Shown: positions 17,232-25,251 of the stretch, piece by piece
Layout: every line of letters begins with the position of its first letter
Position numbering within the stretch: the stretch's first letter is position 1
NCBI GenBank assembly: GCA_014055525.1
Contig: WIAH01000006.1
Coordinates: forward strand, 38,104-70,103
Length of the DNA: 32,000 nt
Direction: 5' to 3'
Origin: Nitrospira sp. CR1.3
GTDB lineage: Bacteria; Nitrospirota; Nitrospiria; Nitrospirales; Nitrospiraceae
The notes under the pieces: model-generated
What the model was told of the DNA's origin: nothing
Databases searched by the model: none
The model's input: only the letters and a program-made list of their open reading frames with translations
Program-made: the position numbers and the translations under genes

Positions 17232-19564
17232 CAGTGCTTGGGGGTGGCTTGGTTCATCGCGTAGGGCGGGAGGATCGCCCGCCAGGCGCTCACCGAACGA
17301 GGCCAATAGGCCTTGATATCCGTGAAGGGGTCGGTGACGAGCTTCACGAGCCAAATCATCGAAATCCGGAAGTCGTGCAGCCAGGCCAGGTAAGCGACGC
17401 GTCCCAGAACGACCACCAACGTCAGGCCCCACCATTGCTGGGCGATGGTCGGCCAGCGTTCGAGGAACGAGGCGAAGGTCCAACTGCCGCTGGCGAACAG
17501 GTTGGCCAGCGGGATCAGGCAATAGGCGGAGACGATCATGGTCTTGTTCGGCGTGTTGAATCCGAGCAGTAGTTCTTCCTTGTCGTGGCAGGGCGGCTCG
17601 ACGATCGCATGTCCAAACTGCCGGACGAACAGCGCCGCCAGGCTGGCCGTGACCGCGGTGGTGAGATCGGTGAAGATCAGGACATAGCAGTAGATGAACA
17701 CGCTGGAACTCAAGAGATGGAAGAATTGGTTCAGCGGATGGCTGTGAGAGGCGAGGTGGTCGTCATGTTTGCGCCGCATCACTTCGGTGTAGAAGGCGCG
17801 GAGCGGTTTCGGCACCTGCAGAATGCTGCCGATCATTTCCTGCCTGAGTCGTGACTGCATCACCTTCCTCCGTTCCGGTCGTTCAAGGCCGTCCAGCCAC
17901 CAGCCGTCTTCTTTCATTCTGGCGGCGGCATTCACCAACATCGCCTGCAGTTCGTCGTAATGCTCGGGCTGGAAGGCCATGTTGCTGAGGCAGCGGCCCG
18001 TGCCGACCCAGCTCAGCACCACGCCCTCGGCCCGCAGATAGTACTGGAGCAGCCAGTTGTATCGGCCCGGCTGCTGGAAGAGAATTGTCCAGACTGTGGC
18101 CAGGTTGACGATCCGTAACGGCAACGCGCGCTCGGCAAAGACCTTGTTGACCGAGGCGGCCCATGCGGTGCAGTGCTGATTCGCTTCCTCATAGCGCTGG
18201 ACCGTTTCCGGCCTGGCGACCCACTGCAGGAACTCGTTCATGGCGCCCATGACGTGGGGATGGGCCGAGAAGGTCCCGATGACGTAGGCGAGCCTCATGG
18301 GGTGGTCCGGATCGAACCGTCGCATGAGTGCGGCCCTCCCGCAGCAGACACCGACGGGGAGCCCGCCTCCGACCGTTTTCCCGTAGACGACCAGATCGGC
18401 CTGCACGCCGAAATGTTCCTGCGCACCGCCGGGCGCCAGACGAAAGCCCGAATAGACTTCGTCGAAGATGAGCGGGATGTCGCAGGCGGAGCAGACCTCC
18501 CGCAACTGGCGGAGCCATTGCGCGTAGGGAGCATGGGCGTCTTGGGTCTTTCGGAGATCGCTGGTCAACAAGATGGCGTCGCTGGGCGGCGGTGAATTGG
18601 GGTGGAACGATTGAATCGGATTGACCACGACGCCGGCGATGTCGTCTTTCATCCGGCGGATGGCGACGAGCGAGGCGGGATGCATGTCTTTCAAGGTAAT
18701 GCAGTCCTTGATCTCCCGTTCGCTGCCGAGGCCCGGCTGCACGCCGTCCCACCAACCGTGGTAGGCGCCGGCGAAGCATACGATCTGCGTTCGGCGCGTG
18801 TTGAATCGCGCCAGACGAATGGCGGCCATGACCGCTTCGGTGCCGCTCATATGGAAGGAGACTTCGTCGAGTTTCGAGATGTGCTTGAGCAGGCTGATGT
18901 TCTCGGCCACGATTGGGTGCAGGGGCCCCAACACGGGACCGAGATCTTTCACCCGTTCCCACCCCCGCTCCATCCACTCTTTATATTGATCGTAGCCGGC
19001 GACGTTGACGCCGTAGGAGCCGGTGACGTCGAGCGACCAGTGGCCGTCGATATCTCGCAGCTTCGGCCCTTCCGAGGCGGTCACGACCGAACAGAGATTG
19101 AATTTCTCCCGCATGACCCGCGCAAAGGGAAAGGGAACCCGGCCGGCGTCCGTGAATCGGAGGTCCGACAACCCCTCTCGAATTGTCTGGCCCCACGCAA
19201 TGGCCTGCGGATGGTGTTCGCGGAAGTAGTCGGCCAATTGGTCGAGCGCCTTCCGTCTGCGCGCCACGATTTGCTCGTCCGCTCCGTCGGCTCGATAGAA
19301 ATCGTCTCCCAGGTAATCGTTCGACTTGACCCATGTAGAAAGCGCGCGCGACAAGGCGGGAGTGACGGACCGCGCGCGAAGTGCGGACAGCGCGAACACG
19401 AGCCTTCGGGCATAGAGCGTCGCCAAGCCGGCGAGTAGACAGAGGCCGAGGAGAAACCCGAACTCACCGGCTTCCAACCTACAGGTCTCCCCCAGGCGTA
19501 ACCCGCACGCGCCCCATCGATCAATCATTCTGTCCATCGGACCCTCCTCTGACTGACCGGCCAT
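17231..19564 (-). CDS. Class III PLP aminotransferase (glutamate-1-semialdehyde aminomutase-like) fused to a C-terminal DUF962/Mpo1-like membrane domain
   Basis: 777 aa; VSFHMSGTEAVMAAIRLAR, GAYHGWWDG, PLIFDEVYSGFR, VVYGKTVGGGLPVGV (candidate PLP Lys); C-terminus ASHSHPLNQFFHLLSSSVFIYCYVLIF...FVRQFGHAIVEP. Confidence 0.88.
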   Translation of the reverse strand: MAGQSEEGPMDRMIDRWGACGLRLGETCRLEAGEFGFLLGLCLLAGLATLYARRLVFALSALRARSVTPALSRALSTWVKSNDYLGDDFYRADGADEQIVARRRKALDQLADYFREHHPQAIAWGQTIREGLSDLRFTDAGRVPFPFARVMREKFNLCSVVTASEGPKLRDIDGHWSLDVTGSYGVNVAGYDQYKEWMERGWERVKDLGPVLGPLHPIVAENISLLKHISKLDEVSFHMSGTEAVMAAIRLARFNTRRTQIVCFAGAYHGWWDGVQPGLGSEREIKDCITLKDMHPASLVAIRRMKDDIAGVVVNPIQSFHPNSPPPSDAILLTSDLRKTQDAHAPYAQWLRQLREVCSACDIPLIFDEVYSGFRLAPGGAQEHFGVQADLVVYGKTVGGGLPVGVCCGRAALMRRFDPDHPMRLAYVIGTFSAHPHVMGAMNEFLQWVARPETVQRYEEANQHCTAWAASVNKVFAERALPLRIVNLATVWTILFQQPGRYNWLLQYYLRAEGVVLSWVGTGRCLSNMAFQPEHYDELQAMLVNAAARMKEDGWWLDGLERPERRKVMQSRLRQEMIGSILQVPKPLRAFYTEVMRRKHDDHLASHSHPLNQFFHLLSSSVFIYCYVLIFTDLTTAVTASLAALFVRQFGHAIVEPPCHDKEELLLGFNTPNKTMIVSAYCLIPLANLFASGSWTFASFLERWPTIAQQWWGLTLVVVLGRVAYLAWLHDFRISMIWLVKLVTDPFTDIKAYWPRSVSAWRAILPPYAMNQATPKH

Positions 19565-19597
19565 GCCGGTCTCTCTGTTGCGGCCCGTTCAGCCTGT

Positions 19598-20434
19598 TCA
19601 CGCGACGATGAGATCGTCGTCGGGGTACAAGGTCAAACAATCTCGCTTCAGGACGCGGGTGCGTTTGAGACTGGCCACGGTATCGGCCCAGCGAAGCAAT
19701 TCGAGACTCCCGTCGTAGTGCTCTACCAGCGCGCTGCAGCTCTCCACCCAATCCCCGCAGTTGCAATAGATAATGTTGTTCAGCCGGGTGATCTCCGGTC
19801 GGTGAATGTGGCCGCAGACCACGCCGTCCACGCCCAGGCGGGCGGTCTCGTAGGCCACCGCCTGCTCAAAATTGCTGATGAACTGCACGGCGTTTTTGAC
19901 TTTGTGCTTGAGAAACGCGGCGAGAGACCAATAGGGGAGGTTGAATCGGCGGCGCACCCCATGCACGAGATAGTTGGCTTTCAGCAAGGAGTCATAAAGG
20001 CGCGTCCCCAGCATGGCGATCGCGCGCGAACAGCGGACCACGCTGTCGAACTTGTCGCCGTGCGTGACGAGAAGGCGCCGACCGTCGGCATTGGTATGGA
20101 TGGCTTCCTCCAAAATGTGTACGTTGCCGAAAGTCATGTCGTGATAATCGCGCAGCAGCTCGTCGTGATTGCCGGGGACGTACACGACCTTCACTCCGTG
20201 TTTTGCTTTCCCGAGAATCGTCCGCACGACGTTATTGTGCGCCTGCGGCCAGAACAGCCGCTTGCGCATCTCCCAAATGTCGATGATGTCGCCGACGAGG
20301 TAGAGATACTCGCATTCCACGGAGTGAAGAAAATTCAAGAGATGGTCGGCGCTGCAACCCCGGAAGCCCAAATGAATGTCGGAGATCCAAACGGTGCGGA
20401 AGGAGAGAGCGGGCTCGCGGAGAGATTTACTCAC
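19598..20434 (-). CDS. Calcineurin-like metallophosphoesterase, PlcP/LpxH-like
   Basis: Metal motifs WISDIHLG, LVGDIIDIWE, YVPGNHDELL, VTHGDKFD, VCGHIHRPEI. The track ORF uses TTG at 20482; GTG at 20434 has a better SD (GGAGG). Confidence 0.85.
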   Translation of the reverse strand: MSKSLREPALSFRTVWISDIHLGFRGCSADHLLNFLHSVECEYLYLVGDIIDIWEMRKRLFWPQAHNNVVRTILGKAKHGVKVVYVPGNHDELLRDYHDMTFGNVHILEEAIHTNADGRRLLVTHGDKFDSVVRCSRAIAMLGTRLYDSLLKANYLVHGVRRRFNLPYWSLAAFLKHKVKNAVQFISNFEQAVAYETARLGVDGVVCGHIHRPEITRLNNIIYCNCGDWVESCSALVEHYDGSLELLRWADTVASLKRTRVLKRDCLTLYPDDDLIVA

Positions 20435-20737
20435 CCGCCGGGCCTCCAGTGAACTGCGCGACAGTCTGAGGATCCATATCAATCATGGTACAAAGGCGAT
20501 GTTGCCGGACCGTTACGATCGTGCTGCGGATATGTGAAAACTCGATGTGGATTCTGTAACCGGCGCAATACGTTAGTAACAAACGATCGCAAACGTGGCA
20601 TCATTCGTTCCCAAGCTGTGCTGTTCATGACATATTGACCGCATTCGGCCTCGCCTTGACCTGAAGCTTGTGGCTGCGCGTTACTCGCTCTGAGGTATGG
20701 AACCCGGAGGCACGAAGTACGATGAGCCGGGGGTGCG

Positions 20738-21490
20738 ATGGGTCTGAGCGTGAAATTGGTTGGAAGCTGCGATGCGAGGGTTGAGCCAGTGAAGAACGGT
20801 CCCACCACGAAGCGGACACTGGTGCTCCTGCCGGGGTTGGACGGCACGGATGTGTTTTTTCGACCTTTGCTGGCCGCGTTGCCGGAGTCGGTGCATCCGG
20901 AAGTGATCAGCTTCCCGGCCGCCGGCGCGAACGAGTACACAGACTTGTTGAAGATCGTTTGCGAAGCGGTGAGGGGGATTCCCAGTTTCTATGTCCTGGG
21001 TTCGTCATTCTCCGGACCCCTCGCACTGATGGTGGCCGCAATGGAGCCCAAGACCGTGCTGGGCGTCATCTTGTCGGTCTCCTTCCTGCGCGCGCCTCGG
21101 CCGCTCTATGCGCGGCTCAGGTTTGCGGCGGTCACGCCGGTGATCTGGATGATCCGCGCCTGCCTCCGTCTGCCCCTGTGGCTCGCGCGCGGGTCCCATG
21201 ACCAGCTTCGCCTGGACAAGGCGGAAACCTGGAGGCGGGTCAGTGCCGGCATGGTGGCCGCCCGCATCAGAGCGCTCCTCCTCATCGACGCGAGAGAATT
21301 CTTGAGGGATTGTCCCTGTCCGGTGCTCTGCATCGCAGGGCGTGATGATGCCATCGTTCCGAAAAGGAACGTGCAGGAGATCGTGACGGTACGACCGTCT
21401 ACGCAGGTCAAGCTCATCGAGGGTGGTCACTTCGCGACATACACGAATCCAGCCGCCGCCGCGGCCGCCATCGTCGAATTCATAGAATAG
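20738..21490 (+). CDS. Alpha/beta hydrolase
   Basis: RTLVLLPGLDGTDVFFRPLLAAL, FYVLGSSFSGPLALMVAA (G-x-S-x-S-G), CPVLCIAGRDDAIVP, VKLIEGGHFATYTNP. Confidence 0.85.
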   Translation: MGLSVKLVGSCDARVEPVKNGPTTKRTLVLLPGLDGTDVFFRPLLAALPESVHPEVISFPAAGANEYTDLLKIVCEAVRGIPSFYVLGSSFSGPLALMVAAMEPKTVLGVILSVSFLRAPRPLYARLRFAAVTPVIWMIRACLRLPLWLARGSHDQLRLDKAETWRRVSAGMVAARIRALLLIDAREFLRDCPCPVLCIAGRDDAIVPKRNVQEIVTVRPSTQVKLIEGGHFATYTNPAAAAAAIVEFIE

Positions 21491-21651
21491 GCATGGGTAC
21501 CTCGTCAGCCTGCAAGCCTACGACCGGGAGTTCCCAATGCCCTTCATGTGCTTTGCCCTCAAGTCATTGGCAGAGCCTGCGGGATTGATTTCACCCTGAT
21601 GTGCGATGTAGGACCCTCCCGATCGATCAGAACAGAACTTGGGGAGGCCAA

Positions 21652-22374
21652 ATGAACGAATACCGATTGAGCATCGTCATTTGTGCGGCATTCGGGGTTT
21701 TCATGACCGCACAGAGCTTCGCGCAACGAAACGAGATGCCGCCCGGATATCCGCAATCTCTTGAAGGTGATTTGCGGAGGCTGCTCGCTGAACAGCAGGA
21801 GAGCGGCGCGTCACCCGAGTTCCTTGTTCGATTGGCGGAAACCTATTTCGATCTTGCCGACGACTTGCTCACCGAGAAGACGAAACGCCTGGCCGCCTAC
21901 GAGGCGGGCGCGAGCGCGGCCAAACAGGCCTTCGAGATCAATGATGCCAATGCCGACGCGCATTTTTTCCATGCGGTGAATCTCGGAAGCGCGGCGCGGC
22001 TCAGCGGCGTCACCAACGCGGCGATGACCGTCGGCACGATCAAGCATTGCGCCCAGCGGGCGATTGAAATCAATCCCCGACACGCCCAAGCCCTCCAGAT
22101 GATGGGCGGGCTGCTGATGGAGATCCCCTGGTTTCTTGGCGGGAGCGAGAGGAAGGCCCAGGACTTTCTCGAGCGCTCGATCTCCGTCGACAGCAATTTT
22201 GCCAATGCTCACATCATGTTGGCGAAACTCTATCTGAAGCAGGGACGGCGAGAAGCGGCCAAGACACAGCTGGAAACCGTGGTGCGTTTGGAGCGCCCGC
22301 ACTATCGCTACACGTGGGAACGAAAGTACAAGCCGGAGGCGGAGCGGTTGTTGAAAGAGCTGTCTTCATCCTGA
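21652..22374 (+). CDS. Exported TPR-like protein
   Basis: Signal peptide (MNEYRLSIVICAAFGVFMTAQSFAQ) and TPR-like helices (FANAHIMLAKLYLKQGRREAAKTQLETVV). Internal ATG at 21652 with upstream GGGGAGG; the track ORF starts at 21601. Confidence 0.72.
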   Translation: MNEYRLSIVICAAFGVFMTAQSFAQRNEMPPGYPQSLEGDLRRLLAEQQESGASPEFLVRLAETYFDLADDLLTEKTKRLAAYEAGASAAKQAFEINDANADAHFFHAVNLGSAARLSGVTNAAMTVGTIKHCAQRAIEINPRHAQALQMMGGLLMEIPWFLGGSERKAQDFLERSISVDSNFANAHIMLAKLYLKQGRREAAKTQLETVVRLERPHYRYTWERKYKPEAERLLKELSSS

Positions 22375-22418
22375 CCCTCGCGCGTCGATGCCCAATCGAC
22401 GCACCATCCCTCTCTTAC

Positions 22419-22438
22419 GCGTAACGCATTCGTAATTG
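22419..22438. promoter_or_regulatory. Candidate 11-bp-phased direct repeat upstream of truncated hemoglobin gene
   Basis: GCGTAACGCATTCGTAATTG; its reverse complement CAATTACGAATGCGTTACGC resembles the 2942..2961 site. Confidence 0.3.
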
Positions 22439-22522
22439 AGCCACTATTGAATTCACACCGTCACTTCAATTATAAGTAGGACACCTAATTTATTTGCCAA
22501 ACTTCTTGCTAAGGAGGAGCCG

Positions 22523-22972
22523 ATGGGTAGGATGTTACGCGGACTGATCGTTGGAGGGGTCGGGACGATGTTGGTCGCAGCATCGGTCTATGCAGCCGAT
22601 CACCAGGCAACCGGACAATCGTTGTATGATCGGCTCGGCGGCAAGCCGGCGATTACCGCGGTCGTCGAGACGTTTGTCTCCAAGGTCGGGGGGGACAAGC
22701 GCATTAACGGGTTTTTCGCCAGCACTGATCTGACGAAACTGAAGATGCACTTGGTAAATCAAATCTGCGAAGCGAGCGGAGGACCTTGCAAATATACCGG
22801 CCGAACGATGAAGGACACTCATGCCGGGATGGGTGTGGATGATGCGGCCTTTACGGCGCTCGTCGAAGATCTGGTCTCAGCGCTGGATCACCACAAAGTC
22901 GGTAAGACTGAGAAGGATGAACTTCTGGGCATCCTGGGGCCGATGAAAGGCGATATCGTCGAGAAGAAATAA
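22523..22972 (+). CDS. Exported group I truncated hemoglobin
   Basis: 149 aa; signal peptide GTMLVAASVYAADHQ; SLYDRLGGKPAITAVVETFVSKVGGDKRINGFFA, LVNQICEASGGPCKYTGRTMKDTHAGMGV. SD AAGGAGG upstream. Confidence 0.9.
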   Translation: MGRMLRGLIVGGVGTMLVAASVYAADHQATGQSLYDRLGGKPAITAVVETFVSKVGGDKRINGFFASTDLTKLKMHLVNQICEASGGPCKYTGRTMKDTHAGMGVDDAAFTALVEDLVSALDHHKVGKTEKDELLGILGPMKGDIVEKK

Positions 22973-23060
22973 CGCTGCGCCGAATGCGGGCAGCCGACAA
23001 TGGCTCGCCCGCAGTTTCCTTCGTTCCGATGACGGCATGTTTGCAACAGTTCGCGAGCTG

Positions 23061-23462
23061 TCACTCAGTCACTCCCCGCACGATGCCTTGCGCGTCGTAG
23101 CGGATCTGGACCTCTTTCTGTGGCCGCGCGGCGCTATCCTTCTTGCCTAACCCTGGCTCAATGGTCTGCATCCTGGTGGTGCTTGTTCCGAGAGGACCGG
23201 CTTGCGCCATGGGGACTTGAACGGGAGGGGCCGTGCGTGCGACAGGCCGGTAGGTGGCCGTTTCTCCTTCCTCATCGGCGCGGACAAGATCCGGCTCACC
23301 ATACTCCGCTATGACATCAGCCTTGGTGGTCTTTCCAACCTGAATCCACGCGGTGCGATCCACTGCTGTTGCTGCGCAGGCCCCTAGCCACATTGCCATA
23401 CCGAGCAGCAGGAAGTGGGGGAGCCGGTAATACGATGAAGCTGAAGGTGACGGTTGTTTCAT
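23061..23462 (-). CDS. Small lipoprotein, SmpA/OmlA-like
   Basis: LGACAATAVDRTAWIQVGKTTKADVIAEYGEPDLVRADEEGETATYRP. Confidence 0.65.
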   Translation of the reverse strand: MKQPSPSASSYYRLPHFLLLGMAMWLGACAATAVDRTAWIQVGKTTKADVIAEYGEPDLVRADEEGETATYRPVARTAPPVQVPMAQAGPLGTSTTRMQTIEPGLGKKDSAARPQKEVQIRYDAQGIVRGVTE

Positions 23463-23612
23463 GCGACCCTCTCTTGAGATCTAGTCGACTGCCATTACAA
23501 CCTCGTCAGCGATCGTTCAATCTCTTGTAACGACTCCTGCCGTCGACCGCAGGAACGACTCAGAAGCGAACTGGAGATGCTGACTGCGTGCGGATCCGCC
23601 TGATCAGTCGCA

Positions 23613-24740
23613 CTAATGTCCGGTGAACGGCAGGAACGAGACCGCGATGGAAATGGTGATCAGCACGATGATAATCCACTCCAACAGCTCCATGCGACGG
23701 GTTCCCGCGCGGTCCGACATCTTGCCGTAGATGCTCTCCAGCGTTTCCAGTTTTCGCAAAATGCTCGCGTCCCATGCCTCCAGGTGGAACCGCTGAGAAA
23801 CGAGCCGATACACCCGGGCGAGGTATTGGTCCCCCAACAGCTTCAGCGTGTTGGTCACGCGCTCGAACAGGAGGGCGCCGTCGACTTGAAGCTGCGCGAT
23901 GTGGGTGGTGTCCTTATCGTAGGAACCCGGAAGCGACAGGAGGCGCGGTTTTCGAGACAGCGCCTCGTACCCTTGGTCGAGCGATTGGTCGAGCTGTTCG
24001 TCGAGCATGCGCATCTCCAGCAACTCGACGTTGGCGAATTCCAGCACGGACCGCACGTCGTCCATATCCCTTCCGAACAACACGGCCGCATGCCAGTCGA
24101 TCAAGGCGGCGTCTTCCGTTCCGAAGGAAATGCGACATGATACGGCGTCGCGAATTTCTTGGTCGGAGAGAGGAGCGTGTTCACCGCGCAGGATGCGGGC
24201 CAACTCCGCTTCCCGGCTCGCCCACAAGGGAGACCCAGAAGCCGGCGCCCAGGAATCGATTGCAAAGATGAGATAATCTTCCACCTCAGCGGCGATTTTC
24301 GGCCGTTCGACGGCGGAATTAATCACCTGCACGAGTTGCTCGACTCGCGCGCGCGATTCCGCTAACAGCAGCTCATGCTCATACAGTGACTCGCTGAGTT
24401 CGAGCAAGCCATCGAAGGGACCGTCCAGCGCAAAACGATAGGTAATGGTCACGGCGCCGAAGTCGTACACCATGACTTCGACGGTCGGACTCGACGAATA
24501 GGAACCAACCGTTAACGTGCCGCCCTCCTGCATCAAGCGAAGAGGGGCCGGGCGGTAGTCAAAATATTGCGGGGCCCTGGCTTTGTGGCGCAGCTTTCCG
24601 CGTTCGGTTCCCGCAGTAATGCGGCGATCGACCTCCTCCAAATTGATGGCGGAGCCGATGTCGTACGCGAACATCGCGTAACAGGTTCCCTTGTTGATGA
24701 GCAAGGTCTGATTGTCAATTGTCATACGATTTGTCCGCAT
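23613..24740 (-). CDS. RMD1/YagE family (DUF155-like) membrane protein
   Basis: 375 aa; VMVYDFGAVTITYRF and the C-terminal tail RTRRMELLEWIIIVLITISIAVSFLPF. Confidence 0.75.
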   Translation of the reverse strand: MRTNRMTIDNQTLLINKGTCYAMFAYDIGSAINLEEVDRRITAGTERGKLRHKARAPQYFDYRPAPLRLMQEGGTLTVGSYSSSPTVEVMVYDFGAVTITYRFALDGPFDGLLELSESLYEHELLLAESRARVEQLVQVINSAVERPKIAAEVEDYLIFAIDSWAPASGSPLWASREAELARILRGEHAPLSDQEIRDAVSCRISFGTEDAALIDWHAAVLFGRDMDDVRSVLEFANVELLEMRMLDEQLDQSLDQGYEALSRKPRLLSLPGSYDKDTTHIAQLQVDGALLFERVTNTLKLLGDQYLARVYRLVSQRFHLEAWDASILRKLETLESIYGKMSDRAGTRRMELLEWIIIVLITISIAVSFLPFTGH

Positions 24741-25251
24741 TCAAACGCGCAATTATAGCAGGAAAGGTCTGCAGGCAGCCATGCGTCTTAAGTCCCTGAT
24801 CTCTTACGACATTCTATCGGTGCTCACAATTTGGTGACTGCGCGGTGCCCCACTGATGGTTAGTGTTGTTCCCACCGATCGATCCTTCGATTTCCTTCTC
24901 GCATCCTTAACAGACTCGTTACGCGATCTTGAATGCCGGAAGAATACAGCGTAACGCACCTGTGCAAGAGTCTCACCGTTAGGATCCTGACGCACAAGCC
25001 AGCACATCGAGATTGGCTGCACCGAATGCCTCATTGGAGGAGGGTTCATGGTACGACTGCGTTCAAAACCATCGTCTCCTGCGATAACAGATCGCTTGAG
25101 GCCTCATTCGCGATTGCCCTTTTTATCAGGAGTGGCGCGGCTGTTTACGAATGAGTCGCTGTTGCTGCGATTGAAACGAGTCATGGCGTTGCGCGGTTCA
25201 GTGCACGCCTAAATCGTGTCCACCATTAGTTTCTGGAAGAAGGAGAGATCC

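Noticed and set aside
18189-18977. 262-aa minus-strand ORF, and 18602..19438 (+) 278-aa ORF
   Set aside because: Both overlap the well-supported aminotransferase fusion in other frames. Their compositions (Arg/Gly/His-rich) are typical of high-GC shadow ORFs.
19598-20434. Confident LpxH annotation
   Set aside because: The motifs fit the superfamily, but LpxH and PlcP-like enzymes cannot be separated by eye, so no gene symbol is assigned.
19718-20452. 244-aa plus-strand ORF
   Set aside because: Antisense to the metallophosphoesterase with intact metal motifs; no recognisable domain.
24933-25154. 73-aa plus-strand ORF between RMD1-like and PhoX genes
   Set aside because: No SD or family signal; the region looks like non-coding or decayed sequence. 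Could be revisited with expression data.
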